Positions 30,418 to 45,284 of a stretch of DNA of 64,000 bases are shown piece by piece (the first letter of the stretch is position 1; each line of letters opens with the position of its first letter). The stretch comes from Eledone cirrhosa (taxonomy: Eukaryota): positions 89,590,001-89,654,000 of the forward strand of contig OZ024740.1 in the NCBI GenBank assembly GCA_964016885.1. The letters are read 5' to 3'. The notes beneath the pieces are model-generated. The model worked only from the letters and a program-made list of their open reading frames with translations, was not told where the DNA came from and made no database searches. A program made the position numbers and the translations under genes.

Positions 30418-32623
30418 ATGCAGAAACAACATTTGAATATTTCTACAAAGAACATACCCGTACCAAGCAGGAAAACATACCTAAAAAAAAAGATACGGAA
30501 AACAGACGCCTTCATTAAAAGGTTGCGTTGGCGTGCTTTTTATTTCGATAATCAGCGAAAAGCAGACAACTAACAGGATACATATGGGTTTAAAACCTAT
30601 AATAATCCTCCGTGTAACCCAGCATTGCTACACTTCGAAAATGATATTTTGGAACTCATACGGAGTATTACATTTCGGAATAGGAGCAATTCCTTCCAGC
30701 AGGACTTGAAGGTTAGAATTCGTTCTATTAAGGATTCTAGTGCCGTGCACGTCCATTCCGACAAAACTGGCAAACTATATCAAGTGGAGCGCAGTAGTTA
30801 CCATCAACAAGTACATAATGCTGTAACTAAGGATTACCGTAAAACTAATCGGTGCGTCATCAATGAAATCAACAATGCTGGGTTTAAAATCACCTCTGAT
30901 CTCAACATCCTGGACCGGACCGAACCTCTGGTCCCTATTACTCCCCACTTTTCCCTGAAGGATCACAAATCCAATTTTCCGAACAACCCCTCTATACAGC
31001 TTATTAACGCTACGAAGTCCGATTTAGGTAAACTTAGTAAAATGATTATTGATAGAATTATACCTGAAATTAGAAGTTTGGCCCTCTTGCACTGTGGAAC
31101 AATTCTTTCGCAGTGATTGATTGGTTCAATGGCATATGCAACAAGGAACATTGCCGTTTTATCCAATTCGACATCAATAATTACTCCTCCTCCATCACAT
31201 TACCACTTCTCCTTAGATCTATCAATTTCGCTAAAACACTCACAGCGGTTAAGGATTTCGAAGTTGATGTGATCCTCAATGCACGTAAGTCGGTGATTAA
31301 TTTCGACGACTCTATTTGGATTAAACAATCTAATAGCACCCCATTTGACGTGAGTATGGGCGCCAGCGATTCTGCGGAGGTTACTGATCTTATCGGCTTT
31401 TCCTTCTTATCTCTATCAAGGACGAATTCCCCAAAGTGGGCGGTGGTTTGTACCGTAATGATGGTCTTTTGACCATGACTAAGTGCGGCCCACGTGCTTG
31501 CGAGAGGTTCAGAAAAGAACTCACAGCCTTCTTTAAAGGCTTCAACCTCTCTATACAGGTTGAAGCCAACCTCTCAGTTGTTAATTACCTCAAGGTTACG
31601 CTCAATTTATTGAATGGCTTGTATTACCCTTATAGAAAGCGGAATGATACGCTTAATTACATAAGTAAGCATTCCAACCATCTTGCCAGCATAATCAAGA
31701 ACCTGGTAAGAAACGTTTCCTTGAGGCTTTCCCATCTATCTACTAACGAGCATATTTACAACTACCATTCCACATATTACAATGAAGCTCTTGCTCGGAG
31801 TGGATTTGTCGATAAGGTAGCATATACAGAGTACGAGAATAGACCGAGAATAAATAGACCCCGAAGCATTATATGGTATAACACACCATATAATATAGAG
31901 GTGGCCACACCATTAGCTAAGATCTTTCTATCCATTATTACGAAGCATTTTCCCCCTACACATAAATATAGTAACATTTTTAATAGAAATACTATTAAAC
32001 TGTCTTACTCTACGACTCCTAACCTTGCACATAACATCACAGCTTCACATTTAGCTAAACTACCTAGCTGTAGGAACACGTGCAACCTTGTAGCTAGTAC
32101 TAACTGTAATTGTAGGAATCGGGTTGATTGCCCCTATCCGGGAAATGCCGCTCTAGTAACATTGTCTACAAATGTAAGGTTGAAACACCCACGTCCCGTA
32201 GAGCCTACATAGGGGTAACCGCCAAGATTCAAGCAGCGTCTTTACATTCATACCCATTCTTTTCGTTACCCTCTAAGAAGGAATATGACGTCACTTTCAG
32301 CTTATATCTGGAGTCTAAAACACAAGCACACCCAATATAAGATACACTGGGAGATCCTAGCTAGGGCTAGATTGTATAACGGAAATAAAAGACCATGTGA
32401 CCTATGCACCTCTGAGGCACTGGAAATACGCTACGCCACAGACAACATTGTAAACAAAAAATCTGAGGCAATTTCGGCTTGTAAACATAAATTGCACAAA
32501 ACCTTCCAGTATTACACCCCCACATTATACCCTAACGGTTTATACGATCTATACGCGGATATTTTACGTCTTGATGTGGTATCTAAGTATATGCTATGTT
32601 TATACCATTACTTATTTGCATAG
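30418..32623 (+). pseudogene. PLE RT + C-terminal GIY-YIG polyprotein, disrupted
   Basis: MQKQHLNISTKNIP; FIKRLRWRAFYF; SDKTGKLY; FDINNYSSSI; FDVSMGASDSAEVTDLIG; GGLYRNDGL (YRDD changed to YRND); CNCR..CP; IVYKCKV..AYIGVT; PCDLC; multiple frameshifts. Confidence 0.9.
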
Positions 32624-32928
32624 GTAAGTATATATTACCTGTATGTTTTGTGAAGGTACGTATACTTTCTCGTACGTATATTTGATTGTATATGTTATGG
32701 CGTATATTTTATATATTCTGGTTCATATGCTTTTGGTTATGTGTATACTTGAGTTTTTCGTCTGTGTGAGTATGCAGGTTCATACGTATGTAGGGTGTGT
32801 ATATGTGTACTTCGTGTTTTGGTTGACGTGTCTCCGAACATTTGTGTATTTACATGTAATTATGTGTGTGCGCTTGTTATATACATATTTATTTATTTAT
32901 ATACGTTTATTTAATTATTTGTATACAT

Positions 32929-32968
<40 letters not shown>

Positions 32969-33638
32969 TTATATGTGCGTGTATTTGTATTCCTATGGCG
33001 AGTGTTTTCGCGTATGCTTGTGTATGTACGTATTTGGATGCGTGTATGTATTTATTTCATTTCAATTGCCTCTGTATTTTATTTACTTTATTCTTAACGC
33101 TGAAGCGGAGAATTATTCGGTTTCCTAGCTAGAATGTTAGTCTACGACTTCAGTAATACCATTTACGTGGTTTTATCTTTGCGTGCAACTTTCTCCACGC
33201 TCCACATATGACGTATTATCATCGTTTTTTTTCGTTCATTGCCAGAGAACGTCTCTGTGAACCACCAAAGAGAATATTAGTCTACGAATTCTGTTATATC
33301 ATAAATGTGGTTCTGTCTTTGCGTGTAATTGTTTTTCTCCGCTCCAAATAATGACGTATTGTATTCGTTTTTTCCCGTTTTTGCCAGGGAACGTTTCCAC
33401 GAACCAAAGCATCAGCTTCCTGTCTTCCTCCGGTTGCAACGTTTTTTTATTAAATAACCACTTCTGCGTTTACAGATTGACTTTGTTAGTTTCAGAGGAT
33501 CCGTTAAGGGTGAAAGCAGCGATTCTTTGCTTAAAATTTAATCTGTTATTTTAATAAATATTTGCTCTACGGTTCTTATATATTTGATATATATTTATCC
33601 TTATCGAGCCCTCTTTGGATTTTAGTCTTCAAATTTAT

Positions 33639-34373
<735 letters not shown>

Positions 34374-34588
34374 ATATATATATGTATGTATATATATATG
34401 AATATATGTATGTATATATATATGTATGTATATATATATATATGTATGTATATATATATGTATGTTTGTATGTATGTATGTATGTATGTATGTATGCATG
34501 TATGTATATGTGTATGTATGTATATATATGTATGTATGTATATATGTATATATATATGTATGTATATATGTATATATATATATGTATG

Positions 34589-34622
<34 letters not shown>

Positions 34623-34638
34623 TGTATGTATATATATA

Positions 34639-34823
34639 TGTCGTCACATGGTACCATGGGCCCAGCACTATGTGTCAATAATTGTTACAGGTGTAGTGTT
34701 TGTACCAGAGTTTTCATGTCGCAGGCTGGACGAAAAAGTCACACTCGTTCAGCGCATCGGTAGGGGTTCTCCTACATGGATATAAAATAGTGGCCGTACT
34801 CGGAAACGAGTTGGCAGCCACCA
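34639..34823 (+). mobile_element. 5'-truncated second copy of the same RTE 3' end
   Basis: Direct repeat of 34191-34373. Confidence 0.75.
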
Positions 34824-34922
34824 TATATATATATATACATGCGAAAACCAACCAAACAGTGAGTGTGCTCTGTTATTAATTCTGGCAACATTACGCAAAT
34901 ATGACCCTCCCCAAGTATAACA

Positions 34923-35010
<88 letters not shown>

Positions 35011-35011
35011 A

Positions 35012-35044
<33 letters not shown>

Positions 35045-36543
35045 TAATTAGGCAAACTAATCAAGGAAGAGAGGTAAAGTATTAGTTAATGAATTGTCAA
35101 TCCAGTAGAGAGAGGGTTAGTGTGCTCCATGCGTATATTTAGCAATGTAGGAGAAGAGGGTGAATGATTCGTAGGTGATTTGTCAAGCAGAAATATCATA
35201 AACAGAGCTTAACAGTGTGTATTAAATATCCGAGAAAACAACAATAATTCATTGAATAACTATATTCACTGTCTAATAAGTGGTTTCGTAGGTTGAATTG
35301 TCAATATATACATGGAGTAATTGGTTACCGATTTGAAATCCATAACCTTACAGTGAAAATTAAAATGATATTAACCCACTCTTTGTCCTCAAAAAGAAAT
35401 GTACAAACATATTAATTCAAGGAAGTAAAATCATATTACCGAGGAGAGGATTCTACAATAAAAGTGATACTTGGATAAGATACGGATTGCATTTCAGCCA
35501 GGTGTTTATGAAGCAAAGAAGTGAACTTATATCTAAACATGTCAGAGACTAATAAGAGAATGTAAAGGTTGCCAAAGGGATATAAATAGTACTCAAGTAA
35601 GGTAAATAATAGTATAGTATTAAATATTTACATATGAAAATTGATAATATGGTTATATGGGGTAAAGAAATAGAAACAAAAAGGGAAAATATATTATAAA
35701 TGGAATATCTAACTGTTACATTATAAGAAATATACTTAATTATTACTGGCCGGCTGTGTGAATGTCTAATCAGTACGAAAATACTCAAAACATCACAAAA
35801 AATGCAGCATATTAATGGAAGATATGTGGAATGTACAAAGGGCAATTGACAATGATTAAAGAAAATTAAATTGAAAGTGTTATCTTTAGGTACAAACATA
35901 TGTGTAAATAGTAATATATATAAAGGGGTATTAATTAAAAGTGAGAAATGAAAGAGCTACTAACTACAGAGGGGGTTGTAAGATAAAGAGTCTGCCTTAA
36001 AGCAGATACACGAACAGTAAAGTTAACAAGAATTAATATAATTATAAGATAGGTGGAGAAAAAGGTTAAAATTGAAAAGAATAAGGTGGGTCTAATTAAA
36101 GGAAGAACATTAACTAATTGACAAGTGGGGTGATTAGTGTAGGTAGATGATACAAATAAACAAATAGTGGAGAGGGAAAATAGATGAAGGTATAATAATC
36201 TAAGTGGGATCGAACCCTCTGTTGGCAAATTAGTATGTTGAATGGTGGTGGCAATTAATGACAATTTAATTGCGCTCATTGATTAGGCAGGGCTTGGATA
36301 AGGTTATAAAATAAACTACGATAAACAGAGATCGCAACGGTCCCTGTCTTTTATAGGGGGATGATCTGGGTAGAATATTCCAAAATAGAGAGTACTCAGT
36401 ATTGAAGATTTTAAAGAGAATTTACTAGTCTAGCTAATGAAGATGTTCAGCTGCTATACCTAAACGAATGTGTTTGAGGATTAAAGCGAGTCTTAAATGA
36501 GTTAGCTGTAGCATCAATGTACGTTTTAGTATCATTATCTTAA
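35045..36543 (-). mobile_element. Naiad-type PLE 3' portion (GIY-YIG end + 3' UTR/pLTR)
   Basis: Minus strand YIDATANSFKTRFN...WNILPRSSPY...CDLCL; paralog of 22484-23283. Confidence 0.75.
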
Positions 36544-36544
36544 C

Positions 36545-36640
36545 TGTCTTGCCTTTAATCCTTAGGTAGTCGATAAAATAAAGTACCAGTAATGCACTGG
36601 GTAATTGCTGGCCTTGTGGCAAAAGTAGAAATCGTTATTA
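36545..36640 (+). mobile_element. SINE 3' fragment
   Basis: 'gtcgataaaataaagtaccagtaatgcactgggtaattgctggccttgtg'. Confidence 0.7.
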
Positions 36641-37528
36641 ATAAGGCAATGTTTACTCAAAGGACAAATGACAGGTTTTCTGCAAACCCAATTACGGTTA
36701 GCATCGGTAGATATGTTAGGTAGAATTGATACAGGTGAGGAGATAAAAGTGAACAGGATTTGAGTGAAAGCTATAATTATTCATATTTTGATGGTAAGAT
36801 TGTAAGATCTGAAAGGGAAGCTCCTTGATTAATCTGTCTACTTAATACATGACATTGAGCTCTTTCTGTTCAGCTATTTCTATTACTTGCCATCTTGTTG
36901 GAGAAAGCGACATCTTTTCCAGATAGAAATACCCACTTTTTTAAGAATTAATCCGTAGCATCCACCCATTTCGATAGAATGAAAACTGCGGATTCTAACA
37001 ATACCAAATATACTTTTTGATTTAAAACTTTAAAGAACCCCCACTCAACATTCCATTGGACTCGTTTGAAAGGGATTTTTTTAATTTAATAAGAAACATT
37101 CACTTTATAAACAAGTAATCTTACTATAATAAATTCCTTGAAATCTACAATCAAGAAAATAAGGTACACTAAGTATTTGTATGTTCGCAACCAACAACTG
37201 CTTCATCCTTAAAGAATATAATAAAAACTACAAAAACGAAAATAAAATAAAATAAAAAAAGTAAAAATAAAACTCCACCTTTAATATTCCAATTCCATTT
37301 ACTCCCCACCTTGATCTTTATTTTTACAATGCTCTCGTTGCCGCTTTCAAGTATTAGACTTGGAATATATGTTCCACCTGACAATCAGTGCTAAACTCTG
37401 CCTCCGATGGGATTGACCAGACTCAAGTAAATGTAAACAAATCAAAGACATATTCATTGAATAAATTTCATATTTTGCATGTGGAATATATACATATGCA
37501 GATGCATATAGTTTGCAATTACGCATTA

Positions 37529-38771
37529 TTTACTATATAAATGGCAATTTCTGTTTGTCTGTGAATCTGTGTATCTGTGTATCTGTATAACCAGTTGGCG
37601 GCTACACCAGTGTTTCGATCATCATGAAACTTTACACACATTTTAAGCTAGTATTCAGAAACATGACTTTTGAATTGGATTTCAATAAAAGTCAATAATG
37701 GAACCCCTGGGGCCATATTTACAATGGAAGAGGAAAGAGAAGACGTTTCAGTGAGAGAGGGGGAAGAAGAGATACTACTACTGTTAAACCGTGCCTCCCA
37801 CTCTCCCCTTCCTCCTCCCACAACTCAGTCCTCCAAAAACGAGGCAACAACTTAGAAATATTTTGTCGATATTTCAAGGTCTCGGATCGTGGGAAGATTG
37901 TTCTTGGTATATAAACGCGTGCGTTCTCTATTGAATTTACATCACACGCTTATTAGCTTAGCGACACAGCTCATCAGATGACTACTGCTGTCAAGCTTCT
38001 GAAGTACACTAAATCGCCGTTTTTCCAGTTACCTACGGAACTAACATTTTAAATCTTTCGATTTTCCTATCACCCAACTTATCATGCAAAAAGTGCGTAG
38101 GGTGACGTATTAGGGTAGTTCAGGAGCTTTCAGAAATCGTTAACCAAACGGGCTCTGCTGATAAGATTCAATGCAAATGACCGACGACCTCGAAGTTGGC
38201 TCACTATGACATTGTTTAGAAGAATTAATAGCAAATCGTATCTCGGCATATCTTCATGCTACGTGTATGTTAATTGTTTGCGGTCGTTTTTCAGGTGAAA
38301 CTTCGTTCGGGTTGTTCTCAGTAACAAAAACGTAGGCGTTTACTAATGGCTCACACCAATGAGAAGATTAGCCGCCTGAGGAATTCTCTTGACCCCCCCC
38401 CCCCCCCTCCCTTTATGTGATCCCCTCTCCCCCATTATGAGCCGAGTAACAGTTGAAATTTGATGGCTCCCCTTCAGGTGACACTGCTCCAGGGACCTTT
38501 TGGATCCCCTCCTTATTAAAGGCATATCTAATGGTGCGCCTTCTCCTCCTAGAGAAAGAGAAAGAAGGTATGAGAAAAAAGAGAGAGTGGGGTTGAGAAA
38601 GAAAGAATGAGTGAGAGGGATTGGGGAGGGGAGAAAATAATAGCACCGTTCGATAACTTCAACTTTTATTTATTTATTTTTTTTTTACACACTGTTTAAC
38701 TCTCCCTCTTCCTCAATCTTACGTCTCTTTCTTTCTCTCTTTCATCAAAGATGTACTGTGGCCGTGTGTGT

Positions 38772-38810
<39 letters not shown>

Positions 38811-39591
38811 TGTATGTGCGTGTGTATGTCCGTAACCTCATACCGTTTACCGTTTGTAAACAATTCTTCAAATTTGGAACAAACATGCTTTCCCAGCAGT
38901 GTTGTGGACTCATAGAATTGTAAATGCTTGTCTAATGCTGCCTCTAGGTAGACGAAGGCTCTCTCTGGATCACCATGACACTAATGTCAGATATGTTGGT
39001 TAACGTTGTTGGTTAAACGTTTACTCATATTAGTGTGTTACATCCTTAGATAACGCCTCCAAGGCGGCCGAAAAACTGCGGATGCTGAGAAAGGGAAAAG
39101 AAGAAACGCAAATGAATCGTCAATGGAAGCTGCAATTAGACGATCGCAAGATGCTGACCGTAAAGCTACTGCAAGAGCGTTAGAAAATTACGAGCAGCGT
39201 TTAATTTAAGACATATGTTGCTTATGTACCCCGGATGGTCATGGGTACCTTCTTTTTTTTCCAGATATTGATTTTTGGGCCCCCGGGGACAAATAATGCC
39301 ATTCAACGGCTTCCTTGGAGTCGACTGAACCATTGTAGTTCAATGCAACAAAACGTCATAAATTCTGGAGTTCGCAACCGATTTTCACCAAGTTCGACAC
39401 ATAGGCGACGTATGTTCTACAGATGAATTTGAACACTCAAAATTGGCACACATTGAGTAGGGTAACTCTGGGAGCAGGAACCCTCTTTTTGAAAAAGCTG
39501 ATGATTTTGTACAAGTATAGTTTTCGAAGCAGCACTGAAGTATTGACATGAATGCTATTAATACCCGAACAACGCCGGGTACCTCTACTAG
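37529..39591 (+). mobile_element. Non-autonomous Helitron
   Basis: 3' hairpin tacccg-aacaacgc-cgggta (39562-39581) followed by CTAG (39588-39591)|T; 5' end 'tactatataaatggc..ctgtttgtctgt' is approximate. Confidence 0.65.
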
Positions 39592-40418
39592 TTATAATAT
39601 CATTTCCAAGACCGTTGCATTTGCAGAATCATTACAGCGTTGAGTAATATGCATTGTGACGTATTCACCTCATCTGTGTTTGATGGGTTCAATCCTAACG
39701 AGGTCAAAGTTGCTCTTAATCATTACGGCGGTGAAAAATCATATAACAAATCAAATACTGCGCTCGATAGAAACGAAGTTTCCACTCCCTTGTTTTTATA
39801 ATAGAAATCATTAATATAATATTACCAATACGAATGGAATGTTTCAGTCTGTAAGAATTTGTCAAATTATGTGCAGAATTCTTTCTGACGTCATGTGCTC
39901 AGATTTCACTCGCTGCTAAAGAAACGTTTGACTTTCATTATTCTGGATTCAATGGCACATGAATTTGAATTAATCGACTATACAGCAGAATCAATTGCTT
40001 AATGAGCTGGGTGGGAATCATGAAATCGGACCACGTACACCAGGTGTCCATTGGCATTTCCTTTGTCAATGAAACTATTAAGCGTTCGCAACTCCTGGAA
40101 GAAATTGCAAATTAAAATATATATGAAGCATTACGTGTTCCAGAAATGAAACACGCCACCTCACAATTGCGAATTCAATTCTCAGACCTGTAAGTCATGC
40201 ACCCTCGCTGATATATATATATATATATATATACGTAAGTTTGTTTTGTATTTTTTCTTACTTTAACAGATACCATCTCATTCATGTACATGTTGTATGA
40301 GTTTAGAAAAATAAGATAGTAATTCCATTGATAATTGTTAATGAATTCTGAACATATTGCTCACGGACACAATCACAAATATTACAAGCTAACGATATAG
40401 ATTTTGTTATTCATGAAC

Positions 40419-42563
40419 TTTTGAATCAGCCGTCTGTCGTCAATGAAGATTTGCTCAATCTGATTCCAGAAAAACCTGTGAAAGTAGCTCTCGCAGAACC
40501 AGCGACGCTTGTGGAGGTTGCAGTAGCTATCACGAAGCTGAACAGTGGAAGGTCTCCATGTATGGATGGCATAAATGCAGAGCTCCTACAATATGGTGGT
40601 GAGAGATTCTGCAACATCTTCACTCTTTGTTTGGCAGGATATGGCTAATGAATCCGTACCTGAGGGATGAAGAGATGCAGTAGTGGTGGTCTTGTAGAAG
40701 GGAAAGGGTAACAAGAATGATTGTGGAAACCACAGAGGTATATCATTGCGTTCTGTCGTAGGAAATATTTTATGTAGGGTGCTTCTGGACCGTCTGCTGA
40801 CACACATTGCAGATTGTGTTCTTCCTTAAATTCAATCTGGTTATCGTGCAGGGCACGGCACTACTGATATGATCTTCTCAGCTAGACAGCTGAAGTGCAT
40901 GGAACAAGGTTTGGATCTGAATCAGGTTATTGTCGATCTGACAAAGCTTTTGATACTGTTAACAGAAATGCAATATGGAAGATTCTCCAGAAACTTGGTT
41001 GCCCTGATAAATTCCTTGCTTTCGTTAGGTCTCTCCCTGACGACATGAAGGCTTGGGTTAATGTCGGAGGTAACATGTCGGAGCCTATCTCAGTAAATAT
41101 GGAGTGAAACAGGGGGATATTCCAGCACCAACCCTGTTTGCCATATACTTTGCAATCGTTTTCTATATTGCATTCAGGAATTGCGAGCATAGTGTTTACA
41201 TCCAATACCGAACCACAGGCAGCATATTTAACATCAGGCGCTTGCTGCAAAAACAAAAGTATTTACATCAATAATAAGAGACCTCTTGTATGCAGATGAT
41301 TGTGATCTTGTAGCGCACACAGAGAGTGATATGCAGCACATTTTGAATGCATTGTCTGATGCTTGCACTGCCCTAGGATTGACTGTCAGTCTCAAGAAGA
41401 CCGTCGTCATATACCCCGCTGCCCCTCGTAGGCAGTACAGTGAGCCAAATATTTATGTGTATGGTAAACGACTTGGAGTGATTGATCAGTTTGTCTACCT
41501 GGGAAGCACTGTCAATCGATAAAGCAACCTTGATAATGAAATCCCTTTCAGGATTAGGAAAGCAAGTGATGCTTTCGGAAGGCTAGAAAGGCGACTTGGG
41601 GTCGGTGAAACATATGCAAGAAGACAAAAGAAACATGTACAAGGCATGTGTGCCCTCTTCTCTTCTTTATGTCTGCGAGACCTGGGTCACATATCGACAC
41701 GACCTTAAGCAATTTGAGCGTTTCCATCATATATGTCTCAGATGGATCCATGGTGTTCACTGGAGGGACCACATCAGTGATGTCGAGATTTTGGGAAGCT
41801 CTCTGTGTGGAAAGGTGTTGTGAATAAGCAAAGACTCCGTTGGAGTAGTCACCTTGCCTGGATGAAGTATTGTAGAATACCAAAATAACTCTTTTATGGA
41901 GGTATAAGGCTTCCTTGAAAGCCTCTTTGAAAGACGCTAACATCTCTGCTGATGCATGGGAAAATGTTGCTGCTGATCGCAATACATGTAGGAAGGCTGT
42001 ATATGTGGGGAAATTTGCCTTTGAGGGATCTCGAATCGCACACGAGAAAGTAAAGAGGGATGTGAGGAAGGGCATTACTGTTGCATTTCCAGACGGCGAG
42101 GGTCCTCCTATGGTGCTGAGATGCAACGTCTGTGCGAGACTCTGACTCGAAAGTCATCTTCGGAGTCATAAAGTGAGACCAGTGGTTGACTACCAGGCTG
42201 CTGTTGGAGATGCTACTCATCATGCTTGCCAAGCATGTGGTAGAGAATGTAAATCAGCAGGAGAGCTCAAACGACATACAAAAGTACATAAACTCCAACC
42301 ACGGCCGGCTATTCCCAGTGAATGTTTTAGTTGCCAACACTGTGCAAGACATTTTAGATCACTGGCTGGGCCACATTCGATAGCATCGCTGTTAATTGCT
42401 ATCGTGTGTATGTGTGTGTGTGTGTGCGTGTGTGTGCGTGTGTGTATATATATATATATGTATATTATTATTGTTGTAGCTGTTGCTGTTGTTATTATTG
42501 TCGTTATTATTATTATGATTTTTTTCGTGCAATGGCCATACCCGATAACGAGGGGGAAGCCAT

Positions 42564-42565
<2 letters not shown>
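40419..42565 (+). mobile_element. 5'-truncated, decayed RTE-clade LINE
   Basis: Motifs GRSPCMDGINAELL, DCGNHRGISL, KAFDTVNR, YADD (41289-41300), YLGS; C-terminal C2H2 fingers (CQACGRECKSAGELKRH); stops and frameshifts. Confidence 0.85.
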
Positions 42566-42599
<34 letters not shown>

Positions 42600-42603
<4 letters not shown>

Positions 42604-42992
42604 AATAATGGGCTGCGGCGTTGCAAATGTGTTACATATGAAAAAGTAAGTCCTTCATCAGTGACCCTCCAACCGTCCTAGGCATTTCATCGCTTTAAGG
42701 GCCATATACCTCAGGTTGGTGCGAACAACGGCTAAAAAAAGTCGTTGGGACACGTAAATAAAGGGGACGTTAGGGTGAACAAACAAAATGGTTTAAGCAA
42801 CAGAAAGTGAGAAGAAAGAGACAAGTCCCAGATTTCTATGAATATAAACTCGGTGAAATCGTGAACAAGAGAATAAAGACCATCAAACCTGGTTGAAATG
42901 TGAGCAAGGAGGGAATTTCGCACAGGTCTAACGGGGGGAAGAAGAAGGGGTCTGGTCTGCGAATTCGGTAAACATAAGTTCTGTGAAGTCGC

Positions 42993-43044
<52 letters not shown>

Positions 43045-43493
43045 ATATTCATACCGGCTTGGTCAAGAGCGCGCGAGAAAAGAAATCGGACAGGTCAAAC
43101 GGGAAGAAAGAGGAGGAAAGAGGAGGAGGAGGAGAGGTAGTGACAGAGAAGGAGTGAGTGAAAGTTGAGGAGGACGCTAACAGAGAGAGAGACTGCTAGA
43201 AAGGGTAAAGATACAAAGAACGAAACAGACGGGTGGCAGCAGAGGAAAAAATATGTGTAAATATGATAATAATGGAGCTGCGGCGTTGCAAATGTGTTAC
43301 ATATGAACAAGTAAGTCCTTCATCACTTTATGTTGCTTAAACCATTTTGTTTGTTCACCCTAACGTCCCCTTTATTTACGTGTCCCAACGACTTTTTTTA
43401 GCCGTTGTTCGCACGAACCTGAGGTATATGGCCCTTAAAGCGATGAAATGCCTAGGAGGGTTGGAGGGTCACTGATGAAGGACTTACTTTTTC

Positions 43494-43496
<3 letters not shown>
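42600..43496 (-). mobile_element. Non-coding PLE-like element: ~664-bp unit, partial tandem and inverted arm; relative of 7031-8033
   Basis: 42601-42660 repeats at 43265-43325; 43331-43496 is the reverse complement of ~42635-42801. Confidence 0.75.
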
Positions 43497-43581
<85 letters not shown>

Positions 43582-44839
43582 ATATATGTGTGTGTGTGCG
43601 TCTGTATGTGTGTGTGGGCGTCTGTGTGTGAGTGCATACGCCTAATTCGTGTACATTATCCAATATAGTTGCGAAATATTTTGTTGGTTACGCTGTATTA
43701 TTGTGTACTTTATTTAATCGTTAACGTATTATTGACATAGCAATTAATGTTTATACAGCGCACTCATTAGGAAAATCATTATGATGATTCCTGTAACACA
43801 TGTGAGAGATAATTATGATACATACTATTATATAGAACGCTGAAATGAATGCGTCTGATATTGATTTCTGACATGTGAAATGGGAAAGAAAAATGGGAAT
43901 GATATTACAGCCGCAGGTGTCGTGAATTGGGTTCGATGCTGTTTACCTGGAGCTTATTCCACGTAATACAAAATTGATTTTATTTTCTATGGCAGAGAAA
44001 TGCTTTAAAAGAAAGAATAAATGTGAATATAAACACAAGTCTCGTTAATATACAAATAATGTTCTATTAATCGCTCTGCTATTATATACACTAATTAAGG
44101 AAGAACTGGACTTTTTTTCTTCTCACTTCATATGCGACATATTCTTAAGTGTTTTTTTGTATTTCCTCTTACTTTAACTGTACCATCTCATTCATATACA
44201 TGTATGAGTTTAGAAAAATTAGATAGTAATTCCATTGATAATTGTTAATGAATTCTGAACATATTGCTCACGGACACAATCACCAAGATTACAAGCTAAC
44301 GATAGAGATTTCGTTATTCAATGAACGATATATGATTAATTAAAAAAAACAATATTTCAACTATTTAATTTCGCAATAAGCCTCGGGTATGGAAATACGG
44401 GAATAACATTCAATATCTTGCTTACAGATACTTCTTGATATTGTTTAAGAATATTTGTAATAAGCAATTAACTAGTTGAAATATTTAGTACATCGCTGTA
44501 AGGAACAGTAACACTAATGTAGTGTTTACGCACGGGAAATATTTACTAGCTAATAGTATGCAATGATCAAAATAAACATTTCGATTAGATGGAGAAACGT
44601 TCAAATAATGCACATGAGGATTACAAGAACATACATATGAAGTCAGAAAATATTTTGACTGGTGGTCCTAATGCCACTGTATTGGTTATATCAGATCTTA
44701 GGTAAGTGGCCAATGCAAATAATATTGTTACCACCTGGATATAAATGAGATGACCATTTATATAATATTCTGTAGATACTACATACGGATTAACAGATAA
44801 AGGTGTCGTCAACAATTGTCTCAAATCATCACAACTATG

Positions 44840-45270
44840 ATTTTTGGAATCAGGTATGGAAATATTGTCGTGATGAGATTCTGGCTGGAAACATGAGGGA
44901 ATTGGAATGAGCAAAATCCCAGAGTCGGTGATAGAAAACGATTGGGTGAAGCTGCTGTGGGAATTGAGGCTACAAACAGATAAGAAGGTAGAATATAATA
45001 CATCTAAACTAGCGGCTTTTAGCAAGGAAAAGCTATTTTTTTCTTGATTATAGTTGTAGCTTACCGCTTTGACAGAAAATTTTGCAAGAAAATAGGGTCA
45101 ATGTTAACAGGAACCAGGATTTAAAGCCTGAATTAAGAATTTTAAAAGATTTGGGATTGCCTACATTGTCATAGTGGAATTAGGTACTATATCGAATAGA
45201 TCCCAAGGATAGCTGAAAAACGTAAGTCGAGGCCCTATTTTTGGAATATTTCAAAAGACATGAATAAGGG
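44840..45270 (+). mobile_element. Old Dong/R4-like fragment
   Basis: Translates WNEQNPESVIENDWVKLLWELRLQTDKKVEYN, homologous to 47740-48336. Confidence 0.65.
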
Positions 45271-45284
45271 AATAGCAGGGTATA

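Noticed and set aside
30418-32623. Selenocysteine-recoded Naiad, as known for some Naiads
   Set aside because: The conserved Cys positions inspected use TGT/TGC, and the disruptions are ordinary frameshifts and stops.
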